In this document: one piece after another, positions 52,601 to 64,000 of the stretch
Numbering within the stretch: the first letter of the stretch is position 1
Layout: the number at the start of each line of letters is the position of its first letter
From: Naegleria gruberi
Lineage: Eukaryota
Direction: 5' to 3' (one strand)
Length of the DNA: 64,000 nucleotides
NCBI GenBank assembly: GCA_000004985.1
Contig: GG738865.1
Translations under genes and position numbers: made by a program
The notes under the pieces: model-generated
The model's database searches: none
Seen by the model: the letters and a program-made list of their open reading frames with translations, nothing else
Told to the model about the DNA's origin: nothing

Positions 52601-55600
52601 NNNNNNNNNNNNNNNNNNNNNNNNNNNNNNNNNNNNNNNNNNNNNNNNNNNNNNNNNNNNNNNNNNNNNNNNNNNNNNNNNNNNNNNNNNNNNNNNNNNN
52701 NNNNNNNNNNNNNNNNNNNNNNNNNNNNNNNNNNNNNNNNNNNNNNNNNNNNNNNNNNNNNNNNNNNNNNNNNNNNNNNNNNNNNNNNNNNNNNNNNNNN
52801 NNNNNNNNNNNNNNNNNNNNNNNNNNNNNNNNNNNNNNNNNNNNNNNNNNNNNNNNNNNNNNNNNNNNNNNNNNNNNNNNNNNNNNNNNNNNNNNNNNNN
52901 NNNNNNNNNNNNNNNNNNNNNNNNNNNNNNNNNNNNNNNNNNNNNNNNNNNNNNNNNNNNNNNNNNNNNNNNNNNNNNNNNNNNNNNNNNNNNNNNNNNN
53001 NNNNNNNNNNNNNNNNNNNNNNNNNNNNNNNNNNNNNNNNNNNNNNNNNNNNNNNNNNNNNNNNNNNNNNNNNNNNNNNNNNNNNNNNNNNNNNNNNNNN
53101 NNNNNNNNNNNNNNNNNNNNNNNNNNNNNNNNNNNNNNNNNNNNNNNNNNNNNNNNNNNNNNNNNNNNNNNNNNNNNNNNNNNNNNNNNNNNNNNNNNNN
53201 NNNNNNNNNNNNNNNNNNNNNNNNNNNNNNNNNNNNNNNNNNNNNNNNNNNNNNNNNNNNNNNNNNNNNNNNNNNNNNNNNNNNNNNNNNNNNNNNNNNN
53301 NNNNNNNNNNNNNNNNNNNNNNNNNNNNNNNNNNNNNNNNNNNNNNNNNNNNNNNNNNNNNNNNNNNNNNNNNNNNNNNNNNNNNNNNNNNNNNNNNNNN
53401 NNNNNNNNNNNNNNNNNNNNNNNNNNNNNNNNNNNNNNNNNNNNNNNNNNNNNNNNNNNNNNNNNNNNNNNNNNNNNNNNNNNNNNNNNNNNNNNNNNNN
53501 NNNNNNNNNNNNNNNNNNNNNNNNNNNNNNNNNNNNNNNNNNNNNNNNNNNNNNNNNNNNNNNNNNNNNNNNNNNNNNNNNNNNNNNNNNNNNNNNNNNN
53601 NNNNNNNNNNNNNNNNNNNNNNNNNNNNNNNNNNNNNNNNNNNNNNNNNNNNNNNNNNNNNNNNNNNNNNNNNNNNNNNNNNNNNNNNNNNNNNNNNNNN
53701 NNNNNNNNNNNNNNNNNNNNNNNNNNNNNNNNNNNNNNNNNNNNNNNNNNNNNNNNNNNNNNNNNNNNNNNNNNNNNNNNNNNNNNNNNNNNNNNNNNNN
53801 NNNNNNNNNNNNNNNNNNNNNNNNNNNNNNNNNNNNNNNNNNNNNNNNNNNNNNNNNNNNNNNNNNNNNNNNNNNNNNNNNNNNNNNNNNNNNNNNNNNN
53901 NNNNNNNNNNNNNNNNNNNNNNNNNNNNNNNNNNNNNNNNNNNNNNNNNNNNNNNNNNNNNNNNNNNNNNNNNNNNNNNNNNNNNNNNNNNNNNNNNNNN
54001 NNNNNNNNNNNNNNNNNNNNNNNNNNNNNNNNNNNNNNNNNNNNNNNNNNNNNNNNNNNNNNNNNNNNNNNNNNNNNNNNNNNNNNNNNNNNNNNNNNNN
54101 NNNNNNNNNNNNNNNNNNNNNNNNNNNNNNNNNNNNNNNNNNNNNNNNNNNNNNNNNNNNNNNNNNNNNNNNNNNNNNNNNNNNNNNNNNNNNNNNNNNN
54201 NNNNNNNNNNNNNNNNNNNNNNNNNNNNNNNNNNNNNNNNNNNNNNNNNNNNNNNNNNNNNNNNNNNNNNNNNNNNNNNNNNNNNNNNNNNNNNNNNNNN
54301 NNNNNNNNNNNNNNNNNNNNNNNNNNNNNNNNNNNNNNNNNNNNNNNNNNNNNNNNNNNNNNNNNNNNNNNNNNNNNNNNNNNNNNNNNNNNNNNNNNNN
54401 NNNNNNNNNNNNNNNNNNNNNNNNNNNNNNNNNNNNNNNNNNNNNNNNNNNNNNNNNNNNNNNNNNNNNNNNNNNNNNNNNNNNNNNNNNNNNNNNNNNN
54501 NNNNNNNNNNNNNNNNNNNNNNNNNNNNNNNNNNNNNNNNNNNNNNNNNNNNNNNNNNNNNNNNNNNNNNNNNNNNNNNNNNNNNNNNNNNNNNNNNNNN
54601 NNNNNNNNNNNNNNNNNNNNNNNNNNNNNNNNNNNNNNNNNNNNNNNNNNNNNNNNNNNNNNNNNNNNNNNNNNNNNNNNNNNNNNNNNNNNNNNNNNNN
54701 NNNNNNNNNNNNNNNNNNNNNNNNNNNNNNNNNNNNNNNNNNNNNNNNNNNNNNNNNNNNNNNNNNNNNNNNNNNNNNNNNNNNNNNNNNNNNNNNNNNN
54801 NNNNNNNNNNNNNNNNNNNNNNNNNNNNNNNNNNNNNNNNNNNNNNNNNNNNNNNNNNNNNNNNNNNNNNNNNNNNNNNNNNNNNNNNNNNNNNNNNNNN
54901 NNNNNNNNNNNNNNNNNNNNNNNNNNNNNNNNNNNNNNNNNNNNNNNNNNNNNNNNNNNNNNNNNNNNNNNNNNNNNNNNNNNNNNNNNNNNNNNNNNNN
55001 NNNNNNNNNNNNNNNNNNNNNNNNNNNNNNNNNNNNNNNNNNNNNNNNNNNNNNNNNNNNNNNNNNNNNNNNNNNNNNNNNNNNNNNNNNNNNNNNNNNN
55101 NNNNNNNNNNNNNNNNNNNNNNNNNNNNNNNNNNNNNNNNNNNNNNNNNNNNNNNNNNNNNNNNNNNNNNNNNNNNNNNNNNNNNNNNNNNNNNNNNNNN
55201 NNNNNNNNNNNNNNNNNNNNNNNNNNNNNNNNNNNNNNNNNNNNNNNNNNNNNNNNNNNNNNNNNNNNNNNNNNNNNNNNNNNNNNNNNNNNNNNNNNNN
55301 NNNNNNNNNNNNNNNNNNNNNNNNNNNNNNNNNNNNNNNNNNNNNNNNNNNNNNNNNNNNNNNNNNNNNNNNNNNNNNNNNNNNNNNNNNNNNNNNNNNN
55401 NNNNNNNNNNNNNNNNNNNNNNNNNNNNNNNNNNNNNNNNNNNNNNNNNNNNNNNNNNNNNNNNNNNNNNNNNNNNNNNNNNNNNNNNNNNNNNNNNNNN
55501 NNNNNNNNNNNNNNNNNNNNNNNNNNNNNNNNNNNNNNNNNNNNNNNNNNNNNNNNNNNNNNNNNNNNNNNNNNNNNNNNNNNNNNNNNNNNNNNNNNNN

Positions 55601-58600
55601 NNNNNNNNNNNNNNNNNNNNNNNNNNNNNNNNNNNNNNNNNNNNNNNNNNNNNNNNNNNNNNNNNNNNNNNNNNNNNNNNNNNNNNNNNNNNNNNNNNNN
55701 NNNNNNNNNNNNNNNNNNNNNNNNNNNNNNNNNNNNNNNNNNNNNNNNNNNNNNNNNNNNNNNNNNNNNNNNNNNNNNNNNNNNNNNNNNNNNNNNNNNN
55801 NNNNNNNNNNNNNNNNNNNNNNNNNNNNNNNNNNNNNNNNNNNNNNNNNNNNNNNNNNNNNNNNNNNNNNNNNNNNNNNNNNNNNNNNNNNNNNNNNNNN
55901 NNNNNNNNNNNNNNNNNNNNNNNNNNNNNNNNNNNNNNNNNNNNNNNNNNNNNNNNNNNNNNNNNNNNNNNNNNNNNNNNNNNNNNNNNNNNNNNNNNNN
56001 NNNNNNNNNNNNNNNNNNNNNNNNNNNNNNNNNNNNNNNNNNNNNNNNNNNNNNNNNNNNNNNNNNNNNNNNNNNNNNNNNNNNNNNNNNNNNNNNNNNN
56101 NNNNNNNNNNNNNNNNNNNNNNNNNNNNNNNNNNNNNNNNNNNNNNNNNNNNNNNNNNNNNNNNNNNNNNNNNNNNNNNNNNNNNNNNNNNNNNNNNNNN
56201 NNNNNNNNNNNNNNNNNNNNNNNNNNNNNNNNNNNNNNNNNNNNNNNNNNNNNNNNNNNNNNNNNNNNNNNNNNNNNNNNNNNNNNNNNNNNNNNNNNNN
56301 NNNNNNNNNNNNNNNNNNNNNNNNNNNNNNNNNNNNNNNNNNNNNNNNNNNNNNNNNNNNNNNNNNNNNNNNNNNNNNNNNNNNNNNNNNNNNNNNNNNN
56401 NNNNNNNNNNNNNNNNNNNNNNNNNNNNNNNNNNNNNNNNNNNNNNNNNNNNNNNNNNNNNNNNNNNNNNNNNNNNNNNNNNNNNNNNNNNNNNNNNNNN
56501 NNNNNNNNNNNNNNNNNNNNNNNNNNNNNNNNNNNNNNNNNNNNNNNNNNNNNNNNNNNNNNNNNNNNNNNNNNNNNNNNNNNNNNNNNNNNNNNNNNNN
56601 NNNNNNNNNNNNNNNNNNNNNNNNNNNNNNNNNNNNNNNNNNNNNNNNNNNNNNNNNNNNNNNNNNNNNNNNNNNNNNNNNNNNNNNNNNNNNNNNNNNN
56701 NNNNNNNNNNNNNNNNNNNNNNNNNNNNNNNNNNNNNNNNNNNNNNNNNNNNNNNNNNNNNNNNNNNNNNNNNNNNNNNNNNNNNNNNNNNNNNNNNNNN
56801 NNNNNNNNNNNNNNNNNNNNNNNNNNNNNNNNNNNNNNNNNNNNNNNNNNNNNNNNNNNNNNNNNNNNNNNNNNNNNNNNNNNNNNNNNNNNNNNNNNNN
56901 NNNNNNNNNNNNNNNNNNNNNNNNNNNNNNNNNNNNNNNNNNNNNNNNNNNNNNNNNNNNNNNNNNNNNNNNNNNNNNNNNNNNNNNNNNNNNNNNNNNN
57001 NNNNNNNNNNNNNNNNNNNNNNNNNNNNNNNNNNNNNNNNNNNNNNNNNNNNNNNNNNNNNNNNNNNNNNNNNNNNNNNNNNNNNNNNNNNNNNNNNNNN
57101 NNNNNNNNNNNNNNNNNNNNNNNNNNNNNNNNNNNNNNNNNNNNNNNNNNNNNNNNNNNNNNNNNNNNNNNNNNNNNNNNNNNNNNNNNNNNNNNNNNNN
57201 NNNNNNNNNNNNNNNNNNNNNNNNNNNNNNNNNNNNNNNNNNNNNNNNNNNNNNNNNNNNNNNNNNNNNNNNNNNNNNNNNNNNNNNNNNNNNNNNNNNN
57301 NNNNNNNNNNNNNNNNNNNNNNNNNNNNNNNNNNNNNNNNNNNNNNNNNNNNNNNNNNNNNNNNNNNNNNNNNNNNNNNNNNNNNNNNNNNNNNNNNNNN
57401 NNNNNNNNNNNNNNNNNNNNNNNNNNNNNNNNNNNNNNNNNNNNNNNNNNNNNNNNNNNNNNNNNNNNNNNNNNNNNNNNNNNNNNNNNNNNNNNNNNNN
57501 NNNNNNNNNNNNNNNNNNNNNNNNNNNNNNNNNNNNNNNNNNNNNNNNNNNNNNNNNNNNNNNNNNNNNNNNNNNNNNNNNNNNNNNNNNNNNNNNNNNN
57601 NNNNNNNNNNNNNNNNNNNNNNNNNNNNNNNNNNNNNNNNNNNNNNNNNNNNNNNNNNNNNNNNNNNNNNNNNNNNNNNNNNNNNNNNNNNNNNNNNNNN
57701 NNNNNNNNNNNNNNNNNNNNNNNNNNNNNNNNNNNNNNNNNNNNNNNNNNNNNNNNNNNNNNNNNNNNNNNNNNNNNNNNNNNNNNNNNNNNNNNNNNNN
57801 NNNNNNNNNNNNNNNNNNNNNNNNNNNNNNNNNNNNNNNNNNNNNNNNNNNNNNNNNNNNNNNNNNNNNNNNNNNNNNNNNNNNNNNNNNNNNNNNNNNN
57901 NNNNNNNNNNNNNNNNNNNNNNNNNNNNNNNNNNNNNNNNNNNNNNNNNNNNNNNNNNNNNNNNNNNNNNNNNNNNNNNNNNNNNNNNNNNNNNNNNNNN
58001 NNNNNNNNNNNNNNNNNNNNNNNNNNNNNNNNNNNNNNNNNNNNNNNNNNNNNNNNNNNNNNNNNNNNNNNNNNNNNNNNNNNNNNNNNNNNNNNNNNNN
58101 NNNNNNNNNNNNNNNNNNNNNNNNNNNNNNNNNNNNNNNNNNNNNNNNNNNNNNNNNNNNNNNNNNNNNNNNNNNNNNNNNNNNNNNNNNNNNNNNNNNN
58201 NNNNNNNNNNNNNNNNNNNNNNNNNNNNNNNNNNNNNNNNNNNNNNNNNNNNNNNNNNNNNNNNNNNNNNNNNNNNNNNNNNNNNNNNNNNNNNNNNNNN
58301 NNNNNNNNNNNNNNNNNNNNNNNNNNNNNNNNNNNNNNNNNNNNNNNNNNNNNNNNNNNNNNNNNNNNNNNNNNNNNNNNNNNNNNNNNNNNNNNNNNNN
58401 NNNNNNNNNNNNNNNNNNNNNNNNNNNNNNNNNNNNNNNNNNNNNNNNNNNNNNNNNNNNNNNNNNNNNNNNNNNNNNNNNNNNNNNNNNNNNNNNNNNN
58501 NNNNNNNNNNNNNNNNNNNNNNNNNNNNNNNNNNNNNNNNNNNNNNNNNNNNNNNNNNNNNNNNNNNNNNNNNNNNNNNNNNNNNNNNNNNNNNNNNNNN

Positions 58601-61600
58601 NNNNNNNNNNNNNNNNNNNNNNNNNNNNNNNNNNNNNNNNNNNNNNNNNNNNNNNNNNNNNNNNNNNNNNNNNNNNNNNNNNNNNNNNNNNNNNNNNNNN
58701 NNNNNNNNNNNNNNNNNNNNNNNNNNNNNNNNNNNNNNNNNNNNNNNNNNNNNNNNNNNNNNNNNNNNNNNNNNNNNNNNNNNNNNNNNNNNNNNNNNNN
58801 NNNNNNNNNNNNNNNNNNNNNNNNNNNNNNNNNNNNNNNNNNNNNNNNNNNNNNNNNNNNNNNNNNNNNNNNNNNNNNNNNNNNNNNNNNNNNNNNNNNN
58901 NNNNNNNNNNNNNNNNNNNNNNNNNNNNNNNNNNNNNNNNNNNNNNNNNNNNNNNNNNNNNNNNNNNNNNNNNNNNNNNNNNNNNNNNNNNNNNNNNNNN
59001 NNNNNNNNNNNNNNNNNNNNNNNNNNNNNNNNNNNNNNNNNNNNNNNNNNNNNNNNNNNNNNNNNNNNNNNNNNNNNNNNNNNNNNNNNNNNNNNNNNNN
59101 NNNNNNNNNNNNNNNNNNNNNNNNNNNNNNNNNNNNNNNNNNNNNNNNNNNNNNNNNNNNNNNNNNNNNNNNNNNNNNNNNNNNNNNNNNNNNNNNNNNN
59201 NNNNNNNNNNNNNNNNNNNNNNNNNNNNNNNNNNNNNNNNNNNNNNNNNNNNNNNNNNNNNNNNNNNNNNNNNNNNNNNNNNNNNNNNNNNNNNNNNNNN
59301 NNNNNNNNNNNNNNNNNNNNNNNNNNNNNNNNNNNNNNNNNNNNNNNNNNNNNNNNNNNNNNNNNNNNNNNNNNNNNNNNNNNNNNNNNNNNNNNNNNNN
59401 NNNNNNNNNNNNNNNNNNNNNNNNNNNNNNNNNNNNNNNNNNNNNNNNNNNNNNNNNNNNNNNNNNNNNNNNNNNNNNNNNNNNNNNNNNNNNNNNNNNN
59501 NNNNNNNNNNNNNNNNNNNNNNNNNNNNNNNNNNNNNNNNNNNNNNNNNNNNNNNNNNNNNNNNNNNNNNNNNNNNNNNNNNNNNNNNNNNNNNNNNNNN
59601 NNNNNNNNNNNNNNNNNNNNNNNNNNNNNNNNNNNNNNNNNNNNNNNNNNNNNNNNNNNNNNNNNNNNNNNNNNNNNNNNNNNNNNNNNNNNNNNNNNNN
59701 NNNNNNNNNNNNNNNNNNNNNNNNNNNNNNNNNNNNNNNNNNNNNNNNNNNNNNNNNNNNNNNNNNNNNNNNNNNNNNNNNNNNNNNNNNNNNNNNNNNN
59801 NNNNNNNNNNNNNNNNNNNNNNNNNNNNNNNNNNNNNNNNNNNNNNNNNNNNNNNNNNNNNNNNNNNNNNNNNNNNNNNNNNNNNNNNNNNNNNNNNNNN
59901 NNNNNNNNNNNNNNNNNNNNNNNNNNNNNNNNNNNNNNNNNNNNNNNNNNNNNNNNNNNNNNNNNNNNNNNNNNNNNNNNNNNNNNNNNNNNNNNNNNNN
60001 NNNNNNNNNNNNNNNNNNNNNNNNNNNNNNNNNNNNNNNNNNNNNNNNNNNNNNNNNNNNNNNNNNNNNNNNNNNNNNNNNNNNNNNNNNNNNNNNNNNN
60101 NNNNNNNNNNNNNNNNNNNNNNNNNNNNNNNNNNNNNNNNNNNNNNNNNNNNNNNNNNNNNNNNNNNNNNNNNNNNNNNNNNNNNNNNNNNNNNNNNNNN
60201 NNNNNNNNNNNNNNNNNNNNNNNNNNNNNNNNNNNNNNNNNNNNNNNNNNNNNNNNNNNNNNNNNNNNNNNNNNNNNNNNNNNNNNNNNNNNNNNNNNNN
60301 NNNNNNNNNNNNNNNNNNNNNNNNNNNNNNNNNNNNNNNNNNNNNNNNNNNNNNNNNNNNNNNNNNNNNNNNNNNNNNNNNNNNNNNNNNNNNNNNNNNN
60401 NNNNNNNNNNNNNNNNNNNNNNNNNNNNNNNNNNNNNNNNNNNNNNNNNNNNNNNNNNNNNNNNNNNNNNNNNNNNNNNNNNNNNNNNNNNNNNNNNNNN
60501 NNNNNNNNNNNNNNNNNNNNNNNNNNNNNNNNNNNNNNNNNNNNNNNNNNNNNNNNNNNNNNNNNNNNNNNNNNNNNNNNNNNNNNNNNNNNNNNNNNNN
60601 NNNNNNNNNNNNNNNNNNNNNNNNNNNNNNNNNNNNNNNNNNNNNNNNNNNNNNNNNNNNNNNNNNNNNNNNNNNNNNNNNNNNNNNNNNNNNNNNNNNN
60701 NNNNNNNNNNNNNNNNNNNNNNNNNNNNNNNNNNNNNNNNNNNNNNNNNNNNNNNNNNNNNNNNNNNNNNNNNNNNNNNNNNNNNNNNNNNNNNNNNNNN
60801 NNNNNNNNNNNNNNNNNNNNNNNNNNNNNNNNNNNNNNNNNNNNNNNNNNNNNNNNNNNNNNNNNNNNNNNNNNNNNNNNNNNNNNNNNNNNNNNNNNNN
60901 NNNNNNNNNNNNNNNNNNNNNNNNNNNNNNNNNNNNNNNNNNNNNNNNNNNNNNNNNNNNNNNNNNNNNNNNNNNNNNNNNNNNNNNNNNNNNNNNNNNN
61001 NNNNNNNNNNNNNNNNNNNNNNNNNNNNNNNNNNNNNNNNNNNNNNNNNNNNNNNNNNNNNNNNNNNNNNNNNNNNNNNNNNNNNNNNNNNNNNNNNNNN
61101 NNNNNNNNNNNNNNNNNNNNNNNNNNNNNNNNNNNNNNNNNNNNNNNNNNNNNNNNNNNNNNNNNNNNNNNNNNNNNNNNNNNNNNNNNNNNNNNNNNNN
61201 NNNNNNNNNNNNNNNNNNNNNNNNNNNNNNNNNNNNNNNNNNNNNNNNNNNNNNNNNNNNNNNNNNNNNNNNNNNNNNNNNNNNNNNNNNNNNNNNNNNN
61301 NNNNNNNNNNNNNNNNNNNNNNNNNNNNNNNNNNNNNNNNNNNNNNNNNNNNNNNNNNNNNNNNNNNNNNNNNNNNNNNNNNNNNNNNNNNNNNNNNNNN
61401 NNNNNNNNNNNNNNNNNNNNNNNNNNNNNNNNNNNNNNNNNNNNNNNNNNNNNNNNNNNNNNNNNNNNNNNNNNNNNNNNNNNNNNNNNNNNNNNNNNNN
61501 NNNNNNNNNNNNNNNNNNNNNNNNNNNNNNNNNNNNNNNNNNNNNNNNNNNNNNNNNNNNNNNNNNNNNNNNNNNNNNNNNNNNNNNNNNNNNNNNNNNN

Positions 61601-64000
61601 NNNNNNNNNNNNNNNNNNNNNNNNNNNNNNNNNNNNNNNNNNNNNNNNNNNNNNNNNNNNNNNNNNNNNNNNNNNNNNNNNNNNNNNNNNNNNNNNNNNN
61701 NNNNNNNNNNNNNNNNNNNNNNNNNNNNNNNNNNNNNNNNNNNNNNNNNNNNNNNNNNNNNNNNNNNNNNNNNNNNNNNNNNNNNNNNNNNNNNNNNNNN
61801 NNNNNNNNNNNNNNNNNNNNNNNNNNNNNNNNNNNNNNNNNNNNNNNNNNNNNNNNNNNNNNNNNNNNNNNNNNNNNNNNNNNNNNNNNNNNNNNNNNNN
61901 NNNNNNNNNNNNNNNNNNNNNNNNNNNNNNNNNNNNNNNNNNNNNNNNNNNNNNNNNNNNNNNNNNNNNNNNNNNNNNNNNNNNNNNNNNNNNNNNNNNN
62001 NNNNNNNNNNNNNNNNNNNNNNNNNNNNNNNNNNNNNNNNNNNNNNNNNNNNNNNNNNNNNNNNNNNNNNNNNNNNNNNNNNNNNNNNNNNNNNNNNNNN
62101 NNNNNNNNNNNNNNNNNNNNNNNNNNNNNNNNNNNNNNNNNNNNNNNNNNNNNNNNNNNNNNNNNNNNNNNNNNNNNNNNNNNNNNNNNNNNNNNNNNNN
62201 NNNNNNNNNNNNNNNNNNNNNNNNNNNNNNNNNNNNNNNNNNNNNNNNNNNNNNNNNNNNNNNNNNNNNNNNNNNNNNNNNNNNNNNNNNNNNNNNNNNN
62301 NNNNNNNNNNNNNNNNNNNNNNNNNNNNNNNNNNNNNNNNNNNNNNNNNNNNNNNNNNNNNNNNNNNNNNNNNNNNNNNNNNNNNNNNNNNNNNNNNNNN
62401 NNNNNNNNNNNNNNNNNNNNNNNNNNNNNNNNNNNNNNNNNNNNNNNNNNNNNNNNNNNNNNNNNNNNNNNNNNNNNNNNNNNNNNNNNNNNNNNNNNNN
62501 NNNNNNNNNNNNNNNNNNNNNNNNNNNNNNNNNNNNNNNNNNNNNNNNNNNNNNNNNNNNNNNNNNNNNNNNNNNNNNNNNNNNNNNNNNNNNNNNNNNN
62601 NNNNNNNNNNNNNNNNNNNNNNNNNNNNNNNNNNNNNNNNNNNNNNNNNNNNNNNNNNNNNNNNNNNNNNNNNNNNNNNNNNNNNNNNNNNNNNNNNNNN
62701 NNNNNNNNNNNNNNNNNNNNNNNNNNNNNNNNNNNNNNNNNNNNNNNNNNNNNNNNNNNNNNNNNNNNNNNNNNNNNNNNNNNNNNNNNNNNNNNNNNNN
62801 NNNNNNNNNNNNNNNNNNNNNNNNNNNNNNNNNNNNNNNNNNNNNNNNNNNNNNNNNNNNNNNNNNNNNNNNNNNNNNNNNNNNNNNNNNNNNNNNNNNN
62901 NNNNNNNNNNNNNNNNNNNNNNNNNNNNNNNNNNNNNNNNNNNNNNNNNNNNNNNNNNNNNNNNNNNNNNNNNNNNNNNNNNNNNNNNNNNNNNNNNNNN
63001 NNNNNNNNNNNNNNNNNNNNNNNNNNNNNNNNNNNNNNNNNNNNNNNNNNNNNNNNNNNNNNNNNNNNNNNNNNNNNNNNNNNNNNNNNNNNNNNNNNNN
63101 NNNNNNNNNNNNNNNNNNNNNNNNNNNNNNNNNNNNNNNNNNNNNNNNNNNNNNNNNNNNNNNNNNNNNNNNNNNNNNNNNNNNNNNNNNNNNNNNNNNN
63201 NNNNNNNNNNNNNNNNNNNNNNNNNNNNNNNNNNNNNNNNNNNNNNNNNNNNNNNNNNNNNNNNNNNNNNNNNNNNNNNNNNNNNNNNNNNNNNNNNNNN
63301 NNNNNNNNNNNNNNNNNNNNNNNNNNNNNNNNNNNNNNNNNNNNNNNNNNNNNNNNNNNNNNNNNNNNNNNNNNNNNNNNNNNNNNNNNNNNNNNNNNNN
63401 NNNNNNNNNNNNNNNNNNNNNNNNNNNNNNNNNNNNNNNNNNNNNNNNNNNNNNNNNNNNNNNNNNNNNNNNNNNNNNNNNNNNNNNNNNNNNNNNNNNN
63501 NNNNNNNNNNNNNNNNNNNNNNNNNNNNNNNNNNNNNNNNNNNNNNNNNNNNNNNNNNNNNNNNNNNNNNNNNNNNNNNNNNNNNNNNNNNNNNNNNNNN
63601 NNNNNNNNNNNNNNNNNNNNNNNNNNNNNNNNNNNNNNNNNNNNNNNNNNNNNNNNNNNNNNNNNNNNNNNNNNNNNNNNNNNNNNNNNNNNNNNNNNNN
63701 NNNNNNNNNNNNNNNNNNNNNNNNNNNNNNNNNNNNNNNNNNNNNNNNNNNNNNNNNNNNNNNNNNNNNNNNNNNNNNNNNNNNNNNNNNNNNNNNNNNN
63801 NNNNNNNNNNNNNNNNNNNNNNNNNNNNNNNNNNNNNNNNNNNNNNNNNNNNNNNNNNNNNNNNNNNNNNNNNNNNNNNNNNNNNNNNNNNNNNNNNNNN
63901 NNNNNNNNNNNNNNNNNNNNNNNNNNNNNNNNNNNNNNNNNNNNNNNNNNNNNNNNNNNNNNNNNNNNNNNNNNNNNNNNNNNNNNNNNNNNNNNNNNNN
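28661..64000. other. Assembly gap or unsequenced region (35,340 N, running to the window end).
   Basis: Uninterrupted n characters. Confidence 1.

Overview
Only positions 1-27702 and 27752-28660 are real sequence (about 28.6 kb). There is a 49-nt N gap at 27703-27751, and 28661-64000 is one uninterrupted N run, so about 55% of the window cannot be interpreted. The readable part is AT-rich eukaryotic nuclear DNA. It has small GT..AG introns of 44-173 nt, Asn/Gln/Ser homopolymer-rich proteins and tightly packed genes, which is most consistent with a dictyostelid social amoeba (inference from composition only). It is not prokaryotic. I could support 15 protein-coding genes. Several are recognisable housekeeping genes from remembered ortholog motifs; no database search was possible. 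They are APC/C subunit Cdc23/APC8, TFIID subunit TAF8 (2 exons), U3 snoRNP protein Rrp9/U3-55K (3 exons), exosome subunit Rrp45/EXOSC9, TFIIIC 102-kDa subunit (GTF3C3/Tfc4), a WrbA-type flavodoxin-like NAD(P)H:quinone oxidoreductase (5 exons, minus strand), the E3 ligase Listerin/LTN1 (single 4.7-kb exon) and ESCRT-III CHMP2A/Vps2. Other genes are a divergent inosine-uridine nucleoside hydrolase-like protein with a signal anchor, a putative mitochondrial membrane protein, an extremely low-complexity orphan ORF, a small Cys-containing ORF, an interrupted helical-protein ORF, and a proline-rich repeat membrane protein on a 0.9-kb contig island between the two gaps. The ORF track treats GTG and TTG as starts, so several of its 'M' residues are not real starts; I corrected these where an ATG or intron model was clear. 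I see no evidence for an operon, defence island, mobile element, CRISPR array or tRNA/rRNA gene. The neighbouring genes are unrelated in function, as expected in a eukaryote. I found no credible novel 'system'. The observations most worth a second look are the probable pseudo-enzyme IUNH homolog, the frameshifted Pro-rich membrane protein next to the gaps, the interrupted ORF at 3.7-4.85 kb, and the orphan low-complexity gene.
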